52,035 nt of DNA from a virus (IMGVR_UViG_3300037297_000161:1-52035), one strand, 5' to 3'. Counted from the stretch's first letter, positions 1 to 9,015 are shown. Translations and numbers: made by a program. The notes: generated by a model from the sequence alone, not told the origin.

Positions 1-180
1 AAGCGACAGAGCAAGCGACAGAGCAAGCGACAGAGCAAGCGACAGAGCAAGCGACAGAGCAAGCGACAGAGCAAGCGACAGAGCAAGCGACAGAGCAAGC
101 GACAGAGCAAGCGACAGAGCAAGCGACAGAGCAAGCGACAGAGCAAGCGACCGAGCAAGCGACCGAGCAAGCGACAGATA
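1..180. repeat. Tandem array of 12-bp unit AAGCGACAGAGC: 12 perfect units, 2 units AAGCGACCGAGC, 1 decayed unit AAGCGACAGATA
   Basis: Read directly; strict period of 12; same unit as the array at the 3' end of the window. Confidence 0.97.
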
Positions 181-266
181 GCGTGGATCAAGAACTTGAA
201 ACTCTGATCTCGGATCCAGAAGCAGACACGGCGTTGCAGCAGCTGATTGGAGTAGGCCCGGAGTAG
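3..266 (+). CDS. C-terminal part of a wrap-around ORF: (Ala-Thr-Glu-Gln)n repeat followed by ATDSVDQELETLISDPEADTALQQLIGVGPE
   Basis: Frame 3 reads GCG ACA GAG CAA through the whole array and stays open to TAG 264-266, 3 nt before the terS ATG. The two variant units (ACA->ACC) are synonymous in this frame. The other two frames stop at 179-181 and 205-207. Confidence 0.4.
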   Translation, partial: ATEQATEQATEQATEQATEQATEQATEQATEQATEQATEQATEQATEQATEQATEQATDSVDQELETLISDPEADTALQQLIGVGPE

Positions 267-269
267 TGT

Positions 270-842
270 ATGCCGAGAGAGTCATCAAATCTGAGTGTTG
301 TACCGGGCCCGACCGATCGCCTGAAGGGCGAGCCTCTCAAGGCCTACCAAGCTTTCTTGGTCTACCGTGACATGGCCCCTACGGAGCGCTCGGCACGAGC
401 CGTTGCGAAACGAACCGGGAAACGCTCCCATCGTCGTTTGGAACAGTGGTCGAGCAAATGGCACTGGGTCGAGCGCGCTGCTGCATGGGATGCGCTGGTT
501 GATCAAACCTATCAGCAGGCCCGGCTTGATGACGTTGTGCGTTTGAAGTCTCGGCACCTGGAGCAAATCGAGGCGTTGCGACAGGTCTGCGTGCGCGAAG
601 TAGCTGCCTACCTTAGGCGCTCGAAAGAGGCGGACGTGAACGCGGAAGGCAAGCGCGGGGAGCCGCTGTTGAAACCGAATGAGCTCTTGCGCCTGTCGGA
701 GCAAGTGATCACAATGGGTCGACTGATTCTGGGTCAGCCTACTGAGCATACAGAAACCACGGAGGCGTATGACCCGAGCAATCTTTCGGACGACGACCTC
801 CGTACACTCGTGCGATTGCGCGCGAAAGCAAGAGGTGAATGA
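270..842 (+). CDS. terS: terminase small subunit (candidate)
   Basis: 190 aa located upstream of terL (two small ORFs intervene). Has an N-terminal HTH-like segment LKAYQAFLVYRDMAPTERSARAVAKRTGKRSHRRLEQWSSKWHW of the kind seen in small terminases. ATGA overlap with the next ORF. Confidence 0.6.
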   Translation: MPRESSNLSVVPGPTDRLKGEPLKAYQAFLVYRDMAPTERSARAVAKRTGKRSHRRLEQWSSKWHWVERAAAWDALVDQTYQQARLDDVVRLKSRHLEQIEALRQVCVREVAAYLRRSKEADVNAEGKRGEPLLKPNELLRLSEQVITMGRLILGQPTEHTETTEAYDPSNLSDDDLRTLVRLRAKARGE

Positions 843-1069
843 TGAAGTACTCGGTGAAATCGAGAAGGCACCTGAACGAAGAGATAGAGGCCATCAGTCG
901 AGGAGTCTTCGGGCGCTCAGGCTTCTGTAAGGATCAAGGCCTCTGTGGGCAGTGCCCGTGGGGTATGTTTGGTCACTGTGGAAAAGTGGTGGACCATTTG
1001 TCCGAGGATGAGCGCATCATTGCCTGCGGGTTCATGATGGCAATTGCCGAACTCGGCACGGACTACTAG
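839..1069 (+). CDS. hypothetical Cys-rich protein
   Basis: 76 aa; ATGA coupling to terS; CGQCPWGMFGHC motif; no family recognised. Confidence 0.5.
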   Translation: MMKYSVKSRRHLNEEIEAISRGVFGRSGFCKDQGLCGQCPWGMFGHCGKVVDHLSEDERIIACGFMMAIAELGTDY

Positions 1070-1071
1070 CC

Positions 1072-1365
1072 ATGAACGTCAAGCTGAGCTGGGTCGAGCG
1101 TTTCATCAATTGGTTCCCTGGTCACACACGGCTTTACATTCGCGGCGCACAAGGAAAACCACGGCATGAGATCGAGAGGCTGTGGCGAGAACTCTTTGGA
1201 GACCTGAAGCCGTTCCTGGCGGAATTGCGCGATGAAGCGTATCGAGAAGGGTATGAGGCAGGATACGTTGCGGCCAAATGTCATATACCTCGCTCCGAGG
1301 AGAACATGCGACCACCTTCTCTCCCGGTGCCGGGTGACGACGTTTCACGGAAGGCACAATTCTGA
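1072..1365 (+). CDS. hypothetical protein
   Basis: 97 aa; tightly packed between neighbours on the same strand; no motif recognised. Confidence 0.5.
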   Translation: MNVKLSWVERFINWFPGHTRLYIRGAQGKPRHEIERLWRELFGDLKPFLAELRDEAYREGYEAGYVAAKCHIPRSEENMRPPSLPVPGDDVSRKAQF

Positions 1366-1371
1366 GGTCCC

Positions 1372-2886
1372 GTGTCTGAGATTATCCCAGAGCAGATCCT
1401 CGAAGAGCGAGAGCTTGGCTCCCGGCACTTGCGCGATTTCATCCCACTCGCCTGGCACCAGGTCGAGCCTGCTCGATCATTCATGGCCAATTGGCACATT
1501 GATGCCATTTGTGAGCACCTTGAGGCATGTACTCGACGTCAGATCCGAAGGCTCGTGATCAACATTCCGCCTGGTTCGAGTAAGTCAATCGTGACCTCCG
1601 TACTATGGCCGGCCTGGTCTTGGACGCACACACCGAGCGAGCGCTGGATTACCGCCAGCTATGCAGATCGTATTGCCAGGCGTGATGCTCTCAAAGCCCG
1701 ACACTTGCTTGAGGGACCATGGTTCCGAGAGCGCTGGGGCTATCTCTGGACGCCGGACGCGGCGCGATGGACGCAGGCCGAGTACCGTAACGATCAAGGC
1801 GGGCTGCGATTCGCGACTACTGTGTCGGGAGCTGTCTGCGGAGAACACGCAGGTATCCAGCTCGTGGATGATCCTATCAAGCCCCTTGATGCGCGCGGTG
1901 ATCGTGTCGACACCACTGCGATAACCACCTGCGCAGAGTGGTGGGATGAGACCATGCCGACGCGCATGATCGATCCAGCCACCGGGGTGCGGGTCATCAT
2001 CATGCAACGGTTGCACGACGCAGATCTTTCTGCGCATGTACTTGAGAGAGGCGATTATGTGCACCTGAATCTACCTATGCGGCAAGAGCGGCGCTGTGTG
2101 ATTACTGTGCCTCACATGTGTTCTCAGCCGGAGAACGATCGCGGCGAACCTCTTGATGCAACCCCTTTGGGGTTCAAGGATACGCGGGCTGAAGGGGAGC
2201 TGTTGTGGCCGGAGCGATTCTCGGAAGAGACGTGCTTGGAGCGAAAGAATGAGCTCGGCTCCCGGGCCCATGCGGCACAGGATCAGCAGCGGCCCATGCC
2301 GAGTGGTGGCGGAATCTTCAAGCGTGACTGGGTGCAGTACTACAAGATCAGGCCGAAGCCTCCCGGCGGCGGTGAGATGATTCAGAGTTGGGACTGCACT
2401 TTCAAAGGGCTTACCGATTCAGATTACGTGGTTGGTCAGGTGTGGTTGCGCCACGATGGGTGCTACTATCTGGTGGATCAAGTTCGTGATCAGATGAGTT
2501 TCTCGGCTACTTGCCGGGCGGTGTGGGCGATCTCGGCCCGCTGGCCTAAGGCCGTGCGCAAGTTGATCGAAGATAAGGCCAATGGCTCGGCTGTCATCGA
2601 TGTCATGCAGAAACGAGTACCGGGGCTATTGCCGGTCAATCCGGAAGGCGGCAAGATCGCTCGGGCCAATGCAGTTGAGGCGATCTGGGAGTCGGGCAAT
2701 GTCTTTGTGCCTGATCCAGAGATTGCGCCCTGGGTGCACGATTTCATAGAGGAGCTGCTCAGTTTCAATGGGGACCCGGGTCGTCGGGATGACCAAGTCG
2801 ATGCTATGACTCAAGCGCTGGTGCATCTGTACCGTCGGTCGGTGGGCACATTGGTTCAGGCCATGCAAAATTCGGGGTTGCGCTAG
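1372..2886 (+). CDS. terL: terminase large subunit
   Basis: 504 aa (GTG start after GAGG). Walker A-like PPGSSKS, Walker B-like IQLVDDP, C-terminal nuclease-type acidic motif DDQVDAMTQAL. Lies upstream of the portal (two small ORFs intervene). Confidence 0.9.
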   Translation: MSEIIPEQILEERELGSRHLRDFIPLAWHQVEPARSFMANWHIDAICEHLEACTRRQIRRLVINIPPGSSKSIVTSVLWPAWSWTHTPSERWITASYADRIARRDALKARHLLEGPWFRERWGYLWTPDAARWTQAEYRNDQGGLRFATTVSGAVCGEHAGIQLVDDPIKPLDARGDRVDTTAITTCAEWWDETMPTRMIDPATGVRVIIMQRLHDADLSAHVLERGDYVHLNLPMRQERRCVITVPHMCSQPENDRGEPLDATPLGFKDTRAEGELLWPERFSEETCLERKNELGSRAHAAQDQQRPMPSGGGIFKRDWVQYYKIRPKPPGGGEMIQSWDCTFKGLTDSDYVVGQVWLRHDGCYYLVDQVRDQMSFSATCRAVWAISARWPKAVRKLIEDKANGSAVIDVMQKRVPGLLPVNPEGGKIARANAVEAIWESGNVFVPDPEIAPWVHDFIEELLSFNGDPGRRDDQVDAMTQALVHLYRRSVGTLVQAMQNSGLR

Positions 2887-2924
2887 CTTGTAGCCCGTGG
2901 TAACATGATCGAAGGAGGTGAACC

Positions 2925-3197
2925 ATGAAAGTTGATGAAGCCCATCGCATTCAGCGACAAGCAATTGAGAGTGACAGACAGAGCGATTGCAGAGAGCTGC
3001 TCTGCTTGTGCCGAGACCAGGTACGCTCTGCAGCGCTGCAGGGTGAGAGCTCCTGCAACGTGAGAGCGCACATGCTACGCAATTTGACTATGGCTCGTGC
3101 TTGTGTGCAATGGCTTTTGCGGGACGGGTTTGACGCTTTTCTTTGGGAGCCATCCGCAGAGTGCCCGTATCGATCTATTGAGATCAGCTGGGCCTAG
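2925..3197 (+). CDS. hypothetical protein, member of the I-S/R-W-terminal small protein family
   Basis: 90 aa; strong SD GAAGGAGGTGA. C-terminus LRDGFDAFLWEPSAECPYRSIEISWA resembles three - strand ORFs (29427, 33542, 33825). Confidence 0.6.
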   Translation: MKVDEAHRIQRQAIESDRQSDCRELLCLCRDQVRSAALQGESSCNVRAHMLRNLTMARACVQWLLRDGFDAFLWEPSAECPYRSIEISWA

Positions 3198-3235
3198 TCT
3201 TGTGTTCCCGCTGGCATGGTCGAAAGAGGTGAACC

Positions 3236-3418
3236 ATGGAAAATGCTCTTGCTAAGGCGTTGAATGAAATGGCCGATCTGTACGAGTACGGTCATCTCGA
3301 AGCAGCCACGAACCCGGCTCTGTTTATCCGGGCAATCGCTGAAGACATCCGGCAAATGCGAGAGGCGTTAGGCATAGACGGTATGACCGAACTGCCGGAA
3401 CCTCGCGACGGCATCTAG
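3236..3418 (+). CDS. hypothetical protein
   Basis: 60 aa; SD AGAGGTGA; its 38-nt upstream spacer is a near copy of the spacer before 2925. Confidence 0.55.
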   Translation: MENALAKALNEMADLYEYGHLEAATNPALFIRAIAEDIRQMREALGIDGMTELPEPRDGI

Positions 3419-3466
3419 CCTTGCGCTGAGCTGGCTCCCGGGCTATGCTGGCCAGGTGAGGCGCAC

Positions 3467-5023
3467 ATGTCAATACGACACCGTCTAGATTCGTGGGTCA
3501 ATGTCATCACCGGCCTTGGGAGTGCACTGCGCGACAAGCGCGAGTTCACTCGCTTCCTGCATCGGGCCCGGCTGACCGACACCGAGTTGGACAACCTGTA
3601 CCACGAAGAAGACATTGCAGCGCGCATTGCCGAAGCGCTGCCGGCGGAGGCCTTGCGCCGAGGCTACTATCTCAGCTCGGAAAATGACGATCCTGGACTT
3701 TCCAGCGCCCTTGCCGAGTACGAGAAGCCGCTCCATTTCCGGCGCGCGTTGAAGCAGGCCGCGATTTGGGCACGCGTCTTTGGCGGTGCCGTGATCTACA
3801 TGGGCCTCGAAGATGGACAGCCCGAGGATCAACCGCTGGCGGTGGAGCGTCTGCAAGGCATTCGGTTTTTGCAGGTCTTGGACCGTCGGTACATCTACCC
3901 GATTCAAGAATACAGCGATCAGCAACGGTACGGGGAGCCGGAGTTGTACCAAATTCAGCGTTCAACGCGTCCGTCGTTGGGATCTCAAGTGTCGTTCCAG
4001 CCCGGTGCTGTCATCCACGAGTCCAGGCTCTTGCGATTGGATGGTGCGCTTACCTCGCAGAGCCGCATGGATGCACAGCAGGGCTGGAGCGATTCTGTCC
4101 TCGAGCGCGTGCACGAGGTGATTCGCGACTTTGGATCGTCATGGCAAGCGGTCGGCCATCTCATGCAGGATGCCGCGCAGGGCGTCTATTCAATGCGAGG
4201 CCTCCAGGATGCCGTAGCCAGCGGCGAGACCGATGCCATTCTGTCACGCATTCAGCTTATTGAGGTAAGTCGTAGCGTGGCACGGGCCATCCTCCTGGAT
4301 GCAGAGGAGAAGTTTGAGCGTCAGGCGTACAACTTTCAGGGCATCCCGGATATACTGAAACTACTCATGATTCGTGTGGCGGCTGCCGCGAACATGCCCG
4401 TGATCATACTCATGCGCCAAAGTCCGAGCGGGCTGAATGCGACCGGGGATGCCGATATTCGGCTGTGGTACGATCAGGTGCAAGAGTATCAGGCCGATCA
4501 TCTCCATGATGTGATCCAGCGATTTTACGAGCTCGTGTTCGCGGCTCAGGATTTTGCAGGTCAGGAGCCGGATGAGTGGGATGTCCTGTTTGGTCGCCTG
4601 TGGCAGATGACCGATCTCGAGCAGGCGCAGCTGGAAAAGACCGTGGCGGAGAAAGACAAGATCTTGATTGACAGCGGGATGGTGCTGCCAGAAGAGCTGG
4701 CAGTCAGCCGTTTCAAAGCACGTGGGTTTTCGCTGGATACTCAGATCGATCTCGATGTACGGGCAGAGATACTCGAGGCCGAGCTGAAGCTCGCCAAAGA
4801 GAACGCCGGGAAAGAGCCAGAGCCGCCGTCTATGCCGCCGCAGCCGGGGCAGGACCAAAACAAGCCCCAGATCGCTGACGGCCGTGTCGACAAGATTGAG
4901 CATCGCGGTAGTAAATGGGTGGTGCTCTCCGCCGACGGGTCGAAGGTACTCGGGACCCATGACACGAAAGCGGAAGCCGAAAAGCAGCTGCGCGCCATTG
5001 AGGCTGCCAAGCACAGGCGATGA
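3467..5023 (+). CDS. portal protein
   Basis: 518 aa. Size and position (after terL, before the Mu-F-like gene) fit a portal, and by eye it resembles DUF1073-type portals. C-terminal ~44 aa form a separate KWVV..G..LG.H.TK.EAE.QLRAI module. Confidence 0.8.
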   Translation: MSIRHRLDSWVNVITGLGSALRDKREFTRFLHRARLTDTELDNLYHEEDIAARIAEALPAEALRRGYYLSSENDDPGLSSALAEYEKPLHFRRALKQAAIWARVFGGAVIYMGLEDGQPEDQPLAVERLQGIRFLQVLDRRYIYPIQEYSDQQRYGEPELYQIQRSTRPSLGSQVSFQPGAVIHESRLLRLDGALTSQSRMDAQQGWSDSVLERVHEVIRDFGSSWQAVGHLMQDAAQGVYSMRGLQDAVASGETDAILSRIQLIEVSRSVARAILLDAEEKFERQAYNFQGIPDILKLLMIRVAAAANMPVIILMRQSPSGLNATGDADIRLWYDQVQEYQADHLHDVIQRFYELVFAAQDFAGQEPDEWDVLFGRLWQMTDLEQAQLEKTVAEKDKILIDSGMVLPEELAVSRFKARGFSLDTQIDLDVRAEILEAELKLAKENAGKEPEPPSMPPQPGQDQNKPQIADGRVDKIEHRGSKWVVLSADGSKVLGTHDTKAEAEKQLRAIEAAKHRR

Positions 5024-5901
5024 GCCTCCTACAAGAAATCGCTTACCGTCGCGCCATAGCCCAGCTTTCTGGCCGACGTCCTCGCAGATGGAAGATTCCG
5101 GCCCCGAGGCTAAGCTCGGCCCCAAGGCTGGCCTATCAATCAGAGCTCACGGGCCGGCTGGCCACGATCGATGATCTCCTTCACGAGCTGATCTTGCCCG
5201 AGCTCGGGGCGTGGCGACGTGCAGCTGGACTTGAACGAGGTGTTCGTCTTGACGCGGTGGCGGATGATATCACGATGACCTTTTCTAGGTTCCGTGTGCT
5301 CTATGCGAACGCGCACCCGGTCACAGAGACAGAACAGACCTTGGCCAAGGTGACCGAAGCGGCGGACAAAAGCACAGCAGCCGCGTTCCGACTTCAGACA
5401 CAAGCGGCCTTGGGTATTGAGCTCATCAGCCCGACGAGCGGGCGGGCGCAGTTGATCGAGCGCTTTATCCAAGAGAATCTTGATCTGGTTCAGACCTTGG
5501 ACGATCAACGGTTTCTCCAGTTGACCGATGTTGTTCGGCGCGGTGTTTCGCAGGGGATCCGTGTCGAGTCGTTGCGCGATGAAATCTTGCACAGCCTTGA
5601 CGTGAGCAAAAGTAAAGCGGCTTTTCTGGCTCGAGATCAAACACTCAAACTGCAAGGACAGCTCACGCAACAACGGCAAGAAAGCGCGGGCATTCCGGGC
5701 TACACGTGGTCGACGTCCCGGGATGAGTTGGTCCGGCCCATGCACCGAGCGCTTGATAAGACTCTGCAACTCTGGAGTGATCCCCCGGTGGTAGCCATCT
5801 CGAAAGGTGTCGAGCGCCATGCCCATCCGGGCGGAGACTACAGCTGTCGCTGTGTTGCCGTGCCTCGGTTCGAGGAATTGTTGGCCGCATTAGGCGTGTG
5901 A
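5020..5901 (+). CDS. head morphogenesis protein, Mu gpF / SPP1 gp7-like
   Basis: 293 aa; YTWSTSRDELVRPMHRALD ... HPGGDYSCRCVAVP signature; ATGA overlap with portal. Confidence 0.85.
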   Translation: MSLLQEIAYRRAIAQLSGRRPRRWKIPAPRLSSAPRLAYQSELTGRLATIDDLLHELILPELGAWRRAAGLERGVRLDAVADDITMTFSRFRVLYANAHPVTETEQTLAKVTEAADKSTAAAFRLQTQAALGIELISPTSGRAQLIERFIQENLDLVQTLDDQRFLQLTDVVRRGVSQGIRVESLRDEILHSLDVSKSKAAFLARDQTLKLQGQLTQQRQESAGIPGYTWSTSRDELVRPMHRALDKTLQLWSDPPVVAISKGVERHAHPGGDYSCRCVAVPRFEELLAALGV

Positions 5902-6099
5902 TTTTTTGCTTGACGGCCGCGCGCTGTTCTGCCATGCTTATTTGGTTATTACGGTCACATGAAACAAACGATTCGTTCTGCCAGGAGGGTTCAGATGAAG
6001 TACACCTGAGACTGGCCCGGCAGGTCCGGGTGCCCGCTTGGGGGCTAATACGGCCGATGGTACCAAGCCACTGCGCATCGGCATTTTCAGAGGTGACCT

Positions 6100-6714
6100 A
6101 TGGAACGTTTGGTTTGCTTGATCTTGCTGTTCTGCAGTGGCTGCTTCGCTCCGCCGCCGTTGTGCGAGGGGCACTGCTCTTACTTCGACAACGTCTACGA
6201 TGACAAGTACGAGGTGGACATTCGTGTTCGTGACGGCGTGCGCATTGATGCGCCGGCCGATTACGACACGGCGCGGTTTTCGGAGTTGATCGACGCCATC
6301 GACGCATGCCTGGCCGACATCGGGGAGCTCACCGAGCAAGAGGCGATCGACGGCATGTGCAAGTACCAACGGTACGAGTACGAGCCTATCCGCCGCGATT
6401 GCTTTGAAGTGAAAGTGACCTCGGCGTGGCACTGGTCGCAGGATCAGAGGTATCAGCTCCTTTTCCAGGAGGAAGCTGACTTCGCGTCGTGCGCGGCGAA
6501 GGGCTTTGTCGACGAGACTGCGGGTTGTTTCTGGCGCGCGACCATTCAGGACGGCTACCGGCTGATCGGTCCTCCGGAGATGGACCTCATCGGATTGAAG
6601 CTGCTCGAGGTGGAGACCTCGTGCATGGCTCCGTACAATACGCCAAGATTGGTGGCCTGTGCTGCAATTTCGGACGGGTTCATGCCACGTGATCCACACC
6701 GAGGTGAGTTATGA
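6100..6714 (+). CDS. exported protein, possible lipoprotein
   Basis: 204 aa; N-terminus MERLVCLILLFCSG|C (signal peptide with lipobox-like SGC); strong SD AGAGGTGA; preceded by ~200 nt of non-coding DNA. Confidence 0.65.
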   Translation: MERLVCLILLFCSGCFAPPPLCEGHCSYFDNVYDDKYEVDIRVRDGVRIDAPADYDTARFSELIDAIDACLADIGELTEQEAIDGMCKYQRYEYEPIRRDCFEVKVTSAWHWSQDQRYQLLFQEEADFASCAAKGFVDETAGCFWRATIQDGYRLIGPPEMDLIGLKLLEVETSCMAPYNTPRLVACAAISDGFMPRDPHRGEL

Positions 6715-6926
6715 CGTCCATCTTGGACGTGGCCCTAGCGGCGTGGGAAGGGGCGGCAGACTATGAGTCCGCTGTCAAGGTGCTCAAAAAGCGCGTTCGT
6801 GCTGATCCGGATTTGTACCGGCAGTTGACGGCGTCATCCGTGGATTCGCTGTGCCGAGAGTTGATCCGTTCCATTATCATGCCGGGCGTCGTGATCCGAA
6901 TCCTACAAGAGCGAGACCCCACCTAG
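6711..6926 (+). CDS. hypothetical protein
   Basis: 71 aa; ATGA overlap with upstream gene. Confidence 0.5.
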   Translation: MTSILDVALAAWEGAADYESAVKVLKKRVRADPDLYRQLTASSVDSLCRELIRSIIMPGVVIRILQERDPT

Positions 6927-6932
6927 ACAGAC

Positions 6933-8159
6933 TTGCCTGATGTCGACTATTCTGTCGGCATGAAACTCGTAGCCCGTTTTGACTTCGCGCGCCTGGGCAA
7001 GGTGCAACGCACGCCTCAAGGCTTCCTGCGCATCCCGGCGACCCTTGGCCGTAGTGGAGTGCAGCTCTATCGCCGGGCCGACGGTACGACTGTACGTGAG
7101 CTGCGCCCCGATGATGAGGTCTTCTCGGAAGCGCACATGGCGTCGTTGGCCGGCGCTCCAGTCACGCGAGATCACCCCCCCGGATTCGTAGAGCCAGGGA
7201 ATTTCAAATTGCTTGCAATTGGCTGGGTAGGTGAAAAGATTGAGCGCAAGGATAGTCTACTCTCGGGCACGGTGACAATCGCCGACAAGGCCGCCATCGA
7301 GGACGTGCTCGCGGGCAAGCTGAAAGATTTCAGTCTCGGATACAAGGTCCGCATTGACGCGACCGCGGGCGAGGATCCTCAGTACGGGCCGTACGATCAA
7401 GTCCAACGTGGACTCGTCGCCAACCATGCCGCTCTCGGGCCGGCTGGATGGGGGCGCGCGGGGCCATCCGTCGGACTCCGGCTTGACGCAGGCGATGCCA
7501 TCCTAGACCCCACCTTGACACCTGAACCGGATGTCGACGATAGTGGCAAAGATACTCGAACTCGCGCCGATGGCGTGAAAGGATCGACCATGAAGATCAA
7601 GATCAACGGCGTGACCTTCGACGTGGACGATAAGGTCGCTGAAGCGCTGGCTCAGGATCAAGCGCGTGCGGATGCGCAGACCAAGGAGATGGACACGCTC
7701 CAGGGTCGATTCGATGCGCAAAGGGAGAAGCTTGCGGAGACAGAGAAGAAGCTCGCTGAAGCGACCGACACCAAGCGTTTCGATGCGGCGGTCGAAGCAC
7801 GTGTTGCTTTGATCGACAAGGCGCGCAAGGTCCTCGGAGCGGACGCTGAGATCAAGGGCACCCCTCGTGCGATCATGGAGCAGGCGCTCAAGCACGACAA
7901 GAAAGATCCGCCGACTTTCGAGGGCAAGAGTGACGACTATGTCGAGTCTCGTTTCGACGCGCTGATCGAAGATTTGCCCATGAAGCAGGCGAACCAGAGC
8001 AAGCGCCAGGCTCGTCAAGATGCGCGCGATGCGCAGAATCCGGGCACGCAGGCCTCAGAAACAGATCGATACGATTCCAAGGCGGCACGGAAGCGCATGA
8101 TCGAGGAGAACCGCAAGGCAGCGACCCTCCCCTTGACCGTCGCCCGAGACCTCAAGTAA
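6933..8159 (+). CDS. prohead protease/scaffold-like protein (DUF2213-like N-terminal half, coiled-coil C-terminal half)
   Basis: 408 aa. N-terminal half (APVTRDHP, FSLGY, ANHAALG) looks like DUF2213 proteins that accompany DUF1073 portals. C-terminal half is charged and helical like scaffolds. TTG start in the track; alternative ATG at 6960. Confidence 0.6.
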   Translation: MPDVDYSVGMKLVARFDFARLGKVQRTPQGFLRIPATLGRSGVQLYRRADGTTVRELRPDDEVFSEAHMASLAGAPVTRDHPPGFVEPGNFKLLAIGWVGEKIERKDSLLSGTVTIADKAAIEDVLAGKLKDFSLGYKVRIDATAGEDPQYGPYDQVQRGLVANHAALGPAGWGRAGPSVGLRLDAGDAILDPTLTPEPDVDDSGKDTRTRADGVKGSTMKIKINGVTFDVDDKVAEALAQDQARADAQTKEMDTLQGRFDAQREKLAETEKKLAEATDTKRFDAAVEARVALIDKARKVLGADAEIKGTPRAIMEQALKHDKKDPPTFEGKSDDYVESRFDALIEDLPMKQANQSKRQARQDARDAQNPGTQASETDRYDSKAARKRMIEENRKAATLPLTVARDLK

Positions 8160-8184
8160 TCTGGTCGAAGAGCAGGAGACACCA

Positions 8185-9015
8185 ATGCAGACCACTCACA
8201 ATGAGCTTCCGGGCGTTGCCATCGCTGGTATGTTCGCGGACGTGGGCCCGAAGGACATCATCACCCGGCTCAACTCGGCGAAGCAGCTTTTCTCTGTGGT
8301 CGTGACCACGGAGTACAACGCCGAGATCTTCACGGTCACGATCGACGGCACGGGCTATGCCTACACGGCAGATGGCTCGGCAACCAAGGCTGAAATCGCG
8401 GCGGGTGTCAAGGCGCTCATCGATGCCGGCTCCGATGATGTGACCACCACGCTGTTCACCACGAGCGAGGTGAACGACTCGTTCTACATCGAAAACAACA
8501 GTTTCGATGATGAGATCGCGGTTTCTGTCACGAACCCCGCCCATGGGGTTTTGACTCTCGCTGAACTCATCGACCACGAGGATGCGATCCAGTTCGGTGC
8601 CGTGGTCGTCAACGATGATCGCCAGACCGCCGATGCTTTGGATGGCGCGCTGTTGCAGTGTCGCTTGCCGCGGCTGGCTACCGATTTTTCGAGCCGCCAT
8701 GTCCTCGGTGTGGCCATGGCTGATGTCAACAAGGTGACCCGGTTGACTGCCCCTTACGGCGGCTACAGCGCCGGTGAGACCGTCCCGGTCGTGCGCAAGG
8801 GCAGGATCTGGATGTCGGTCGAAGATGTCGCGAGTGTCGCTGAGGGAGGCCTGGTGTACGTGCGCCATGTCGCCAGCGGTACGGAGCAACTCGGGGCCAT
8901 TCGAGCGGCCGATGATGGGTCAGACACTGAGGTGTTGGACGCGCAACAGGCCAAATTCACCGGCCAAAAGATCACCGCCAGCTCGTTGGCCGTGGTCGAG
9001 TGGAATCTGCCGTAA
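8185..9015 (+). CDS. capsid decoration/cement-like structural protein with an inserted domain
   Basis: 276 aa, between the scaffold-like and capsid genes. Terminal segments (GMFAD; GETVPVVRKGRIWMSVED..GGLVYV) resemble DUF2190-type decoration proteins. The central insert is shared with the sheath. Confidence 0.4.
   Translation: MQTTHNELPGVAIAGMFADVGPKDIITRLNSAKQLFSVVVTTEYNAEIFTVTIDGTGYAYTADGSATKAEIAAGVKALIDAGSDDVTTTLFTTSEVNDSFYIENNSFDDEIAVSVTNPAHGVLTLAELIDHEDAIQFGAVVVNDDRQTADALDGALLQCRLPRLATDFSSRHVLGVAMADVNKVTRLTAPYGGYSAGETVPVVRKGRIWMSVEDVASVAEGGLVYVRHVASGTEQLGAIRAADDGSDTEVLDAQQAKFTGQKITASSLAVVEWNLP

Noticed and set aside
1-180. Possible CRISPR array
   Set aside because: The units are contiguous 12-mers with no spacers and there are no cas genes. 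It is a plain tandem repeat.
5910-5937. TTGACG box after the Mu-F-like gene and TTGACA box at 51849-51854 as sigma70 promoters
   Set aside because: Neither has an acceptable -10 hexamer at 16-18 nt (the best options are CATGCT and CAGGCT). They are kept only as remarks.
5995-6009. Mini-ORF ATG AAG TAC ACC TGA behind AGGAGGG (leader-peptide idea)
   Set aside because: It is four codons with no obvious attenuator logic. I could not tie it to the downstream hairpin-like GC stretches.
5938-6699. Long antisense ORFs (for example 5938..6699 -, 8152..8889 -, 13333..14034 -, 29518..30195 +, 32028..33098 +, 40927..41460 +)
   Set aside because: They have Arg/Pro/Gly/Ser-rich junk-like composition and no SD, and they lie opposite well-supported genes. 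Such ORFs are an expected by-product of GC-rich coding DNA.
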